This document shows, piece after piece, positions 37,555-48,954 of a stretch of 64,000 nt of DNA; within the stretch, counting starts at the first letter, position 1; each line of letters opens with the position of its first letter. The notes beneath the pieces were generated by a model. That model had not been told where the DNA came from. It saw nothing but the letters and a program-made list of their open reading frames with translations, and did no database searches. The position numbers and the translations under genes were made by a program. The DNA comes from Squalus acanthias (taxonomy: Eukaryota). Location of the stretch: assembly GCA_030390025.1 (NCBI GenBank), contig JASTWF010000034.1, forward strand, positions 1,860,001-1,924,000, given 5' to 3'.

Positions 37555-38320
37555 TGTAGGATAGAGTGTATTTGAATGATTTAGTAAACATTTTTGTCTA
37601 ACTATAATATGTGAAATTTTCTGTTAAAAGCCTTAAAGCCTGTATAAAATGGCGAATGGCTGAGAGAGAAGCAGGATGGGAAATTGTGCTAACCTGACTG
37701 AAACTCGCTCTGTTTGCAATTACTGAAGTAATGGAATGTAATGCTAAGTTGATGGAGACTATCAGGGAGGTGGTATTTAGTAATGTGATAGAAAAGAGAT
37801 AAGAGTTGGAGAAGAGAGAGAGATAAGTGAAGCACCTCTCAGTGATAACTACTATAAAATGGACAAATTGTTTGGACAACATCTTGGGAAATGGTTTTTG
37901 GAAAGTGAATATCTAAAGTTAAAAGGGCCCTTTGATATGCACAAAGCGAGTCCGAGTGGGATCAACAAGGTCATAAAACATGTATTGGTGTTGGATAGCT
38001 GTTTGCAGTCACGTAGGAAGAGGGAAAAAAGGTGAATAAAGATACGGATTTTGAACACTGAAGGCAGCGCGAACCAGAGGTGAAGGGGCTTCAGTCGAGA
38101 GAACACAGCAAGAGAAGGAAGAGACCGCGCCACAGTCGCTCGGAAGGAACGCCGAGGCTCAAACGAACAAGACTGTGACTATCTCCTTGTTAAGTATTAA
38201 CTTCTTTGTACTGGATGTTTAATGCTTAATAAACCTGGTTTACTGATACACAATGTACCTGTACAAAGAGTGGTTTGTGTAGTCACGGACAAATAATTAT
38301 AAGAGCTTTTGGAAGCTACA
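37555..38320 (+). repeat. 5' LTR
   Basis: TGTAGG...GCTACA, colinear with 46920-47690; AATAAA at ~38228. Confidence 0.95.
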
Positions 38321-38323
38321 ATT

Positions 38324-38341
38324 TGGCGTCCAACGTGAGGC
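38324..38341 (+). promoter_or_regulatory. Primer-binding site, tRNA-Lys(1,2)-like
   Basis: TGGCGTCCAACGTGAGGC lies 3 nt after the LTR and matches TGGCGCCCAACGTGGGGC at 16 of 18 positions. Confidence 0.85.
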
Positions 38342-38557
38342 TGTGAGTATTAACTGAAACCAGGTCTATTGTGCATAAAGCAGCCGTTCGCATTTTCCCT
38401 TGGATTTTCGTCTGACCAACGAGGATCCTCGTGGAAAGTTAGGTTTTCTAACAGATAGTGTCTCTTTAACGCACAAAAGAATGCCGAGTGAGTATTTTCT
38501 TGTAGATTATAAAGCGAAGTTTATTTAGAAGTGCGATGAGGCACAGTTACAAATGTT

Positions 38558-39880
38558 AGTAGAATGGGCCCTTGCAATCAGAATCAGGGAAATTTATAAT
38601 GGGGAACAAAGAAATGGTTAACCAATTAAATAAATACTTTGGTTCTGTCTTCACAAAGAAAGACACAAATTTCCTCCCAGAGATGTCGGGGAACATAGGC
38701 TCTAATGAGAGGGAGGAACATAGAAACATAGAAACATAGAAGATAGGAGCAGGAGTAGGCCATTCGGCCCCTCTAGCCTGCTCCGCCATTCAATGTGATC
38801 ATGGCTGATCATCCAAATTCAGAACCCTGTCCCTGCTTTCTCCCCATATCCCTTGATCCCTTTAGCCTTATGAAATATATCTAACTGCTTCTTGAATATA
38901 TTTAATGAATTGGCCTCTACTGCCTTCTGTGGTCGAGAATTCCACAGGTTCACCACTCTGGGTGAAGAAATTCCTCCTCATTTCTGTCCTAAATGTCTTA
39001 CCCCTTATCCATAGACAGTGACCCCAGGTTCTGGACTCCCCGAACATCGGGATCATCCTTCCTGCATCTAGTCTGTCCAGTCCTTTCAGAATTTTATAAG
39101 TTTCAATGAGATCCCCTCTCATTCTGCTAAACTCCAGCGAGTATTAGCCCAATCGACACAATTTCTCTTCATACGTCATTCCTGCCATCCCAGGTATCAG
39201 CCTGGTGAATCTTCGCTGAACTCCTTCCATGGCAAGAACCTCGTTCCTCAGATAAGGCGACCAAAACTGCACACAATACTCAAGATGTGGTCTCACCAAG
39301 GCCCTGTAAAACTGGAGCAAGACATCCTTGTTCCTGTACTCAAACCCTCTCGCTACGAAGGCCAACACACCATTTGCCTTCTTAACCGCCTTCTGCACCT
39401 GCATGCTTACCTTCAGCGACTGGTGCACAAGGACAACCAGGTCTCGTTGCACTTCCCCTTCTCCCAATCTATTGCCATTCAGATAATAAGCTGCCTTCCA
39501 GTGTTTGACACCAAAGTGGATAACCTCGCATTTATCCGCGTCATATTGCATCTGCCATGCTTCTGCCCAATCACCCAACCTGTCCAAATCATCCTGGAGT
39601 TTCTCGGCATCCTCCTCACAGCACACACGCCACCCAACTTTGTGTCATCTGCAAACTTGGAGATATTACATCTAGTTCCCTTGTCTAGATCATTTTATAT
39701 ATATTGTGAATAGCTGGGGTCCAAGGACCGATCCCTGTGGTACCCCACTAGTCACTGCCTGCCACTTGGAAAAATACCCGTTTATTCCAACTCTTTGCTT
39801 TCTGTCTGCCAACCAGTTATCTATCCAAGTCAATACCTTGCCCCCAATCCCATGTGCCTTAACTTTACACGCTAATTTCA
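38558..39880 (-). mobile_element. CR1 insertions in the provirus leader/5' gag: a plus-strand fragment (~38558-38718) and a minus-strand 5'-truncated CR1 (~38719-39880)
   Basis: RT motifs [10 protein letters not shown] and KFADD, with a (TTTCTATG)n tail at ~38719-38740. Confidence 0.9.
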
Positions 39881-41060
39881 TTCCCGTGAGGTCCCCATCT
39901 CATATGCCACCATCGACCTGGCTGAAAGACCACCAGACTATGATAATAAAAATATAATCGAACCCACAGCGGACGAACTTGCGCCCGTTAGAGCTTCGGT
40001 TAATGTCCTGACTCGAACCCAAGTGATTCCTAATGCACGACCAGCACTAGTAGCTGACGGTGACCCGGGACAAGCAGCACAACCAGTGGCACCTCCAGGG
40101 ATACTTTGGGCAGTTACTCATGGAAGGTCCCAGCCCCTAAACTATGCAGAACTACAGGCATGTGTCCAACAATTCGGACCAGTTAACCCACAAACATGCC
40201 CCAGAGAGTTAAGGCAACGCATTCCGGAAGTACCATCCTAATTTTGAAGACAATGACTTGAAGAAGGTTGTACTGTCTGCCCTGACTCCGGACATACGGA
40301 CTAGTCTCCCCTTTTTGGCCTTTAATGTGGGGAACACACTGAATGACTTAATCACATATATACAGACAGCTTTAGGCTTGGATACTATTGATTTGGTCCA
40401 GAAATTAAACCAAACCCAACAAGGGCCACATGAGATCCCTGCTGCTTTCGGAGATCGGTTGTACACTATTTATAAAATGACGCAAGCACGCCCCAATGCT
40501 GATGCATTGAACTGGACGGAATAAGCGGCATTTAAGAAAATATGTTTAAAGAATATTCAGACCTCACTGCGAGCAACTTTAGGGCGCACGGTCAGCCACA
40601 ACTTGCAATGGACAGCCCTTTTTAGAGACACTACTTCTGCATGGGCCTATGATAACATTCATGTCCAGGCATCAATCACAGAAACGCCAGTACATTTATT
40701 GAGGGACCCCAGGCTTCTCTAGTATCAAACCCCCGTAGACAATCGTTCATGTGTTACAACTGCGGTAAGATGGGTCACTTTGTGAAAGATAGCCGAAGTC
40801 CTAGACAAACAGGCTCGGGAGGTGGGCGGAATAACAATAATTACCCGAGATGTGGTCCGTCCCGTTTACCTCATCCAGTGGATAGCAAGCTGGACGCTAT
40901 GGAATCACTAATTGAAAGAATGTCATGCATGATGTAAACACTTACAGGAACCCAGTTGTCGGCGAGTCCTGTGGCCCCAACTATGAGTTGGAATTCGACT
41001 CCCCCTATGAGCTCATTATTCCCGCCCCCACCACTGCAACAACCCAATGGCCCACAATGA
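39881..41060 (+). pseudogene. gag: gag remnant (capsid-like region, CCHC zinc knuckle, Pro-rich C-terminus)
   Basis: 'QQGPHEIPAAFGDRL' is MHR-like. 'CYNCGKMGHFVKDS' is a knuckle with the last Cys lost. The frame continues past a premature TAA to TGA at 41058-41060. Confidence 0.85.
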
Positions 41061-44000
41061 CGGGATCCGGCCCACTGGCCGGGTCTGAAGTGGGGTTCAG
41101 ACGAGACGGCCATGGTCGACCAGTTGTCTCAGCTTTGCTGCCTGGGGGCTGACAGCAGACTATGCTAATAGACACTGGGTCATCTGTTACAATCTTGCAT
41201 TCCCCAGACCCGGAACGCCAACTGGATATAGGCAAAAGTAGCTTCGTCATAACGGGAGTCACCGGGGCACAAGCACCCGTATATCCAGGGGATGCACTTA
41301 ACATTTCCCCCGAGGAATTCCCCGTAACAATTACCGATCCATTGTACATGTGTATGACAAACAGAATGGGGATACTTGGGAATGATACCCTAAGGGAAAT
41401 GACAGCCATTGTAGATTACAATCAGGATTGTTTATGGGTTGAGTCTAAACCGGGAGATGTAGTTCAAATCTCAAATGCTCACTCGGTGTTTGCTATAAAG
41501 AAGCCTGAGCAGATAGCACTGCCGCCACATTCTCTGCCTGCTGTTAACTACTTAGTGACCAAACATGGAGCAGCCGTTGCTAAATCTAAACACGACTGTG
41601 GGAGGATGGAAAGGGAGACGCGAATTAATGGGCCACCCCATCGCGCATGTAAACAATATCCGATTCCCCGAGAAAGTTTTCCGTATTTGCGAACAGTCAT
41701 TGCCTCATTGGAAGAACAGGGAGTACTGCGCAAGGGTTATTTTACTACCAATTCCCCTGCATGGTCAGTTAGGAAGCCGGATGAATCTTGAGGCTTACTA
41801 TTGATTACCGTGCCTTAAATAAAGCTTCCCACGTCAAAGCCCGACTGTTAGTCAAGCCCCTTCGCTACTACATCCATACCCCCCAAGGCCACTGTCTTCT
41901 CCACCTTAGACATAGCGAATGGTTTTTGGAGTATTCCAGTTGCTCAGGAGGACCAGTACAAATTTGCTTTCACGTTTGAAGGGCAGGGCTACACATTTAC
42001 GTGACTACCGCAAGGGTTTCATAACTCGCCATCGATCTTTCATCAGTATATGGCACGAGCAGTTAAAGACTTTTCTAAACCTTCAGCCCTTCTACAGGAT
42101 GTTGATGATCTACTTTTGGCTACTGAAACAATGGAAGAGCACCTAGAACTCTGAGATGAGCTGATAGGACTAGTACAAAAGGCAGGGCTGAAAATAAATC
42201 CAAACAAGGTTCAGCTGGCAAAAGATGAGGTTACCTTTCTGGGAGTAAAATTTTCAGCGACTGGCCTTAGTCCGGACCACAAGAAGATAGAGACTCTTCA
42301 GCGACTCCCGTTACCAGTTTCAAAGACTGCATTGCGATCCTTTTTAGGTTTGGTCGGATACCAGCGAAATTGTATTCCGAACTTTGCAGACTTGGCTAAA
42401 CCTTTGTATGATCTTTTACAGGGAGATGCGGAAGAGATACAACCCATATGGGGAGATCACCAGACTGCTGCGGTTAGTGCTTTGAAACAAGCCACGATAC
42501 AGGCAACTGCTCTCATCTCCCCGGATCACGGTCAGCCCTTTCACCCCTACCAGCCTAACTACCGTTTTGAGTCAGAAACAGGCAATCAGTGAGACACTAC
42601 GCACTATCGCGTATGCCTCACGTATACTACGAGGGGTGGAAAGTACATTCTCAGCGTGTGAACGTCATCTGTTGGCCACATTTTGGGCAGTCAATCATTT
42701 CACCTACATTACCGGACTGCAGAAGGTCATCTTGCATTCACCACACACGCCCCTTAATCTGCTGTTAAAACCAAGTGAGACCAAGGTATCCTCTCAGCGA
42801 ATAAGTAAATGGACACTAGAATTCTTACACTGTGACCTGAACATTACGCCTCAACGAACCACGCTGTGACCACTTATGCTCGCCTATGAGGGAAGCCCAC
42901 ACCAGTGTCCATTACCAGTGCTAGATATGGAACCAAATCCAGTAAAGGCTAACGCCATACCCGGAGCTCGAAATGTGTACCTTGACGGGTCATCATACTG
43001 TGTAGATGGCCATCCTAGAACTGGATGTGCCCTTATTGATATCGACGCTCCCGATTGGTCAGAGGGATTTCACGTTCCCGTCCACTCCTCACAACAGGCA
43101 GAACTGATTGCAGTAATTCTAGCCGTACATTACACGGCTATGGATGAAACAAATATCTGGTCCGACAGCAGTTACGTTTGTAATACAGTTATGGCTCTTC
43201 CCCTCTATAATACCAATGAGTTTTGCTCATCAGAACATAAATCTTTATTACATTCTGGTCTCCTCCGTAAGCTATGGAAAGTGCTCCAGGAACGAGTCGC
43301 CCCTTGTCACGTGTGTAAGGTAGCAGCCCATCAGAAAGATTCATCCCCCCATTCTCGAGGTAACCAAATGGCCGATCGCTTTGCTAAGCAGGCGGCCGAG
43401 AACGGAAAGTTACTACCTTGGTGGGTATGAATAATACTCAGACACCCGTAGTGGGGGCGGTGACTAAGACTAAAACCATTGATCTTTTGGCCCTACAGGA
43501 TTCATATGCTCCTTATGCACAGGTACTAGCCTGGCATCAACAGGGATGCCCGGTACCAGCACCCACCCTATGGGCAGACTCCACTGTAATGCAACAAGAT
43601 GTAGATAAAAACCCTCCCCTACTAATGATCAGGAATAAAGAGGGTGACCTAGTAGTTTGTATTCCTCCTCAGTTAAAGGAAGAAATTCTAGCTCTCTTTC
43701 ATTCATTTCACGGGAGCAGTTTTCACAACACTGCAAGAAATGTTACAGATAAAACATAAATTGCACCTTGCGCACCATCCACAATCATCAGGGATTGTGG
43801 AGAGGGGAAATCGAACTTGAAAGACAATGTTGCAGAAGTTGTGTACAGATCACCCCACTCAGTGGACTGACATGTTGCCTTTATGTCTAATGGTAATACG
43901 ATCTACCCCACACGGGACTACGAGGGTAAGTCCATATGAGGCTATGACTGGGAGGCAAATGCGGATACCAGGACATGCAATATATGGAACTAACACACCA

Positions 44001-44327
44001 TTAAAACTACAACCATGTAGCCAAAAATGGTTACAAACCTTGATAGATCATATGGACGAGGTGAGCAAGCTGGTGGCCATTAACATAGGCAAATCGCGTG
44101 AACAAATCAAGCGATATTATAAGAGAGTAAAACCATTTGAGTATGATGTTGGAGACCGAGTAATGTCACACAATTTATCTCCAAAAAATCACTCATTCGA
44201 GATAAAATGGACCACAGTAGATAAATTAAATCCAGCTGTGTATCTACTGAATGTCCCATATGGTCCGAAGGGAGAACCTAAACTGAAATGGCTCCATATC
44301 AATCAGATGAAAACTGTTAAGAATTAA
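41061..44327 (+). pseudogene. pol: pro-pol remnant: aspartic protease, RT, Ty3-like RNase H/tether, retroviral RNase H, integrase with internal deletion
   Basis: Protease 'MLIDTGSS'. RT 'NSPAWSVRKPD..RLTIDYR.LN', 'LDIANGFWSI', 'LPQGFHNSP' and 'QDVDDLLL'. RNase H 'IAYASR..CERHLLA' and 'YLDGSS..QQAEL..SDSSY..GNQMAD'. Integrase 'HPQSSGIVERGN' and 'SPYEAMTGR'. Confidence 0.95.
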
Positions 44328-44360
44328 GATGTTACATTTTGATTTACCCACAGGTTAAAG

Positions 44361-46877
44361 ATGTGGCTCTGTAGTCTGATACTGATAATTGGATGTGCAG
44401 TGAGCTCTCCGGAGGTAACAAAATCTTTTGACATTACCATTAACATCTGTACACTGGACGAAGGAGGCGAATGCGTCCTACTCCACATCTATGGAACGGA
44501 AACTCGAATTGTTGGCGGACATAAATAATCAAAGAACTATCATGGACCATCCGAGACGTATGAGGAGGATGTTCCAGTTTGGATCAGAAATAGTACAAAA
44601 GATAATATAACAACACCATACGTAACGGGTTGTGGTACATTACAAGAAAAGGTGTATAATTAGGAAATAAAAGAAGGATATGGTGTGTGTATCAGGTGCG
44701 GGATAAGGTACAGGAAAGGCCCAAATGTGTGGAAATTCCTGAAGAAAAATAATGGAATCTGGGAACAGGTACAAGAATCCGATCAGGGAGCAGTAGCTTC
44801 GGAAAGTAAGGGATATATACAATTATGCTGGCCTCGGTGGTGGAAGAAAAATACCGGCCAGTATTCTTGTATTGGGTCGAATATTATCATGGGCTTTAAA
44901 AATCAGGATGATGATTGGCCTCCTATTCCCGAATATGATGTAAAGATTACCTCAGCAGAATATGAGATTCCCAGAGACGATATAGAGATCACCGCGGCAG
45001 AAAATAAACCCTTTATGATAACCTTTATACGTTGGGGAAATTATAGGGATTTTGGGAATAAAGATAACAGCATAATATAATTCAAAAATGCGATAACTGG
45101 TTGTGTAAGGGAAGATGGGTATGTCTATAGTGTTAAGCTCACACCCTATGCGAAAGTAAGTCATTCAGAACCAGGAGAGGGTGTACCCGAGGAACAATGT
45201 CCCCAACTAACAGCGGGACCTGGGAACGGTCTTGTAATTATACCCACCTATAAAGCAGTGTATCATCAAGTAATACCGGAAGTGGCCCCTGTTATTCTAA
45301 ATTTAACAGAACTAATACTACCAAAGTGGTGCCCTGACAAAACAGCACAACTAACTCAGAGAATGCTGCAGCAAGTTTTTAATCAGTACTGGGAAAAGGC
45401 GACCTTATCTATAAGTATAGAGAAAACAGAACGGACCTTCCGTCACGAGTTTAGTACCACTAAAGAGAGCAGCCAGGGAAAGAGTAGACAGAAAGAGGAT
45501 TGATAAACGATGGACTCACAGGTTTCAAGACAGTAACATCGGTAATTAACTCAATGGACTCCGCAGATTTACAAATACAATTACAAACGGTGAGGGAAAA
45601 GTTGAAGGAGATACTTAGTAGAGAAAAAAACATAGTAAGGGAGGAGCTAAGGGATGATCAGGTAATGACCATACACCTGCGGGACATCATACATGAAATA
45701 GAGGATCATGGCAAAAGAATTAATGATCTGATTAGAGAAAACAAATGCCTCTGATCAAGCAGCCCATAATGACGTATGCGTTATGTACGGGAATTGGCTG
45801 ATTGAACAAACTAGGGAAAAACTTCAGACCATCAATCAGGGACGTCTCCCCACTTGGGTCACTAATAAACACTAATCAGGGCTATCCAATTATTACGATG
45901 GTGCAGAACTATGTAAGATCAGGAGTTTGATTAGAATACACCCTGTTAAACGCGAATGCCACGAGGTAGGGAGTCAAAAGTTGATGGGACTATTACTACA
46001 AATTCCTAGTCTAATGAATCGATCTGGACACAACCCCTGATTTAGGATAGAAAATATAGGAGTAGTACAAGGGAATACTATTACCCGATTTCTCACGGCA
46101 CCACAATGGTTAGTACAATTAGGAAAACTAACATGGATTGAACCAAACCTCCAGGGATGCAATACAAATGAGGATGCCTTTGTCGGTCCATACCGTTTAT
46201 ATGAGCATTCAAAGGATACCTGTGGATATGGTTGGAATGAAGAAAGGTTAAACTGTACCATGGAAGTGACAGGCCCCTCAGATTTAAGAACTAGAACAGC
46301 CTACGTACGAGAAGGGAGGTATTGTTTTACCACTTTAGAAAACTCCTATAGTCATGGAAAAATTGAATGGTCAATAACCCCAGGGACCTACTGTATTACT
46401 ACTAGAAAGACTACAGTAATAGGAGGAAGAATTCTCCTTGTAATAGCCTCACATGGCCAACAAGTACTACAAACAAATTTAAAAATAAATCTAGAAGATT
46501 ATGTCACAAGATTCGGATATGACATCCCTGAATTACCTGAAGCATTAGCCGAGCTAATAAGTCAAGTGAGCACCTCTCAACGTCATTATTATACGTTGGT
46601 GCAAGGAAATAAAGACATTGCTGAGGAAATTCCAGACATCGAGACTCAGACCCACTGGTGGGATATAGGAACAAATATGGACATTTCCCCTTGGATTATA
46701 ATAATTTCCCATGTACTGTTCATAGCCCAACTCATAGTACTAATATGCTTACTGCTGTACAACTGCTACCTGAAACACCTGATGTCTAATACCCAATCAT
46801 GTTTAAATATGATCACAACCCAAAATACCTTAGAGTTACACAAACGAAAGAGAACTAATCCATATGTAAGAGTTTAG
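44361..46877 (+). pseudogene. env: env remnant (~840 codons): signal peptide, SU-like region, furin site, long heptad- and Cys-rich ectodomain, TM anchor
   Basis: A splice acceptor CACAG (44349-44353) precedes ATG 'MWLCSLILIIGCAVSS'. RQKR/GLINDGL is restored by a 1-nt indel at ~45495, and the TM is 'WIIIISHVLFIAQLIVLICLLLY'. Confidence 0.88.
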
Positions 46878-46919
46878 TTTTGAGGGGTCGGCAAATGCAT
46901 CGCCCTCAATGTAGGGATT

Positions 46920-47690
46920 TGTAGGGTAGGGTGTATTTGTATGATTTAGTAAACATTTTTGTGCAACTATAATATGTGTAATTTTATGTTAAAAGCCTAA
47001 AAGCCTGTATAAAATGGCGAATGGCTGAGAGAGATGCAGGATGGGAAATTATGCCAAACCTGACCGAAACTCGCTCTGTTCTCAATGACTGAAGTAATGG
47101 AATGGAATGCTAAGTTTATGGAGACTGTCAGTAACGTGGTATTCAGTAATATGATGGAAAAGAGATAAGAGAAGTGAAGAGAGAGATAAATTGAAGGCAC
47201 CCCTCAGTGATACCAGTATAAAATGGACAGACTCTTTCGACAAAATTTTGGGAAATGCTCTTTGGAAAGAGAACATCTAAAGATAAAGGGCACTTTGATA
47301 TGCACAAAGCGAGACCTAGTGGGATCAACAACGTCATACAACATGTACCAGGTGTCGGATAGCTGATTGCAGTCACGTAGGCAAAGGAAGGGAAAGTGTA
47401 TAAAGATACAGATATTGAACACTGAAGGCAGCACGAAACAAGAATCAGAGTTGAAGGAGCTTCAGTCAAGAGAAAACAGCAAGAGAATAAAGAGACCGCA
47501 CTACAGTCACTCAGAAGGAACGCCGAGGCTCAAACGAACAAGACTGTGACTATCTCCTTGCTAAGTATGACTTATTTGTACTGGGTGTTCAATGCTTAAT
47601 AAAGCTGTTTTACATATACACAATATACCTGCACCCAGAGTGGTTTGAGTAGTCAAGGACAAATTATTATAAGAGCTTTTGGAAGCTACA
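46920..47690 (+). repeat. 3' LTR
   Basis: TGTAGG...GCTACA, preceded by a TTGAGGG..CCCTCAA hairpin and a degenerate purine tract. Confidence 0.95.
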
Positions 47691-48950
47691 CACCACAGGC
47701 CGGGAATGGAGTGTGAGTTCCCCCTTCTTTATGTATGGTTCAGTACCACACTGAATGAGAACTGACACACCACAGGCCAGGAATGGAGCCTGGGCTCTCC
47801 CTTCTCTGTGTGTGTGGCTCAGTCATTCACCGACTTTGAACAACAGACATACCACAGGCCAGGAATGTAGCCTGAACCCTTGCTTCTCTGTGTGTGGTCC
47901 TCAGTACCTCTTTGACTGTGAACAACTGACATACCACAGGCCGGGAATGGAGCCTGAGCACCCCCTTCTCAGTGTGTGGGGCTCAGTAACTCACTGACTG
48001 TGGGCAACTGACATACCACAGGCTGGGAATGGAGCCTGGGGACACCCTTCCGTGAGTGTGACTCAGTACCTTACCGACTGTGAACAACGGACATTCCACG
48101 GGAACTGGAATAGTGCCTGAGCCCTTCCTTCTCTGTGTGTGGGCCTCATTACCATATCGAATGAGAACAACTGACACACTACAGGCCTGGTATGGAGCTC
48201 GGCCCTTCCTTCTCTGTGTTTGGGCCTCATTACCATACCGAATGAGAACAACTGACACACCACAGACCGGGAATGGAGCCTGACCCCTTCCTTCTCTGTG
48301 TGAGGGCCTCAGTACTTCACCGAGTGTGAACAAATGACACACCACGGACCGGGAATGTAGCCTGTCCCCTTCCTTCTCTGTGTGTTGGCCTCAGTACCTC
48401 ACCGACTGTGAACAACTAACATACCACAGGTCGGGAATTTAGCCTGGGCCCTTCCTTCTCTGTGTGTGGGTGTCAATACCTCAGCGACTGTAAACAATTA
48501 ACACACCACAGGCCGGGAATGGAGCCTGAGTCCGTTCTTCTCTTTGTGTGGGCCTCAGTACCTCAACGACAGTGAACAACTGACACACCACAGGCCGGGT
48601 ATGGAGCCTGGGCCATTCAATCTCTGTGTGTGGGGCTCAGTACCTCACCAAATTGAGAACAACTGACATAACATGGGCCGGGAATGGAGCCTGAGCCCTT
48701 CCTTCTCTGTGAGTGGTCCTCAGTACCTCACCGAATGAGAACAACTGACATACCATGATCCGGGAATGGAGCCTGAGCCCTTCCTTCTCTTTGTGTGGTC
48801 CTCAGTACCTCACCGAATGTGGACAATTAACAAAGCACTGGCCGGGAATGGAGCCTGTGCCCTCCATTCTCTGTGTGTGGGCCTCAGTTCCTCACCGACT
48901 GTGAAGAAATAACATACCACAGCCCGGGAATGGAGATTGTGCGCTCCCTA
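47691..48950 (+). repeat. ~82-bp satellite (CACCACAGGCCGGGAATGGAGCCTGAGCCCTTCCTTCTCTGTGTGTGGGCCTCAGTACCTCACCGACTGTGAACAACTGACA)
   Basis: Direct periodicity. The array continues at 51895-53530, 56412-58460 and 61500-63320. Confidence 0.95.
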
Positions 48951-48954
48951 CTTT

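Larger units (their letters stand above)
37555..47690 (+). mobile_element. Decayed full-length endogenous retrovirus (LTR-gag-pro-pol-env-LTR), lokiretrovirus-like
   Basis: Paired ~770-bp LTRs with TGTAG...CTACA ends, CACC on both flanks, a PBS, and gag, pol and env remnants in order. Confidence 0.95.

Noticed and set aside
38558..38718. Twin-priming 5' inversion of the CR1 in the provirus leader
   Set aside because: The inverted piece abuts the 3' tail rather than the 5' end, so nested or adjacent insertions fit better.
37555..47690. Calling the provirus a foamy virus because of the Lys1,2 PBS and long env
   Set aside because: Gag has a CCHC knuckle and there is no room for accessory genes between env and the 3' LTR. 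It cannot be fully excluded without phylogeny.
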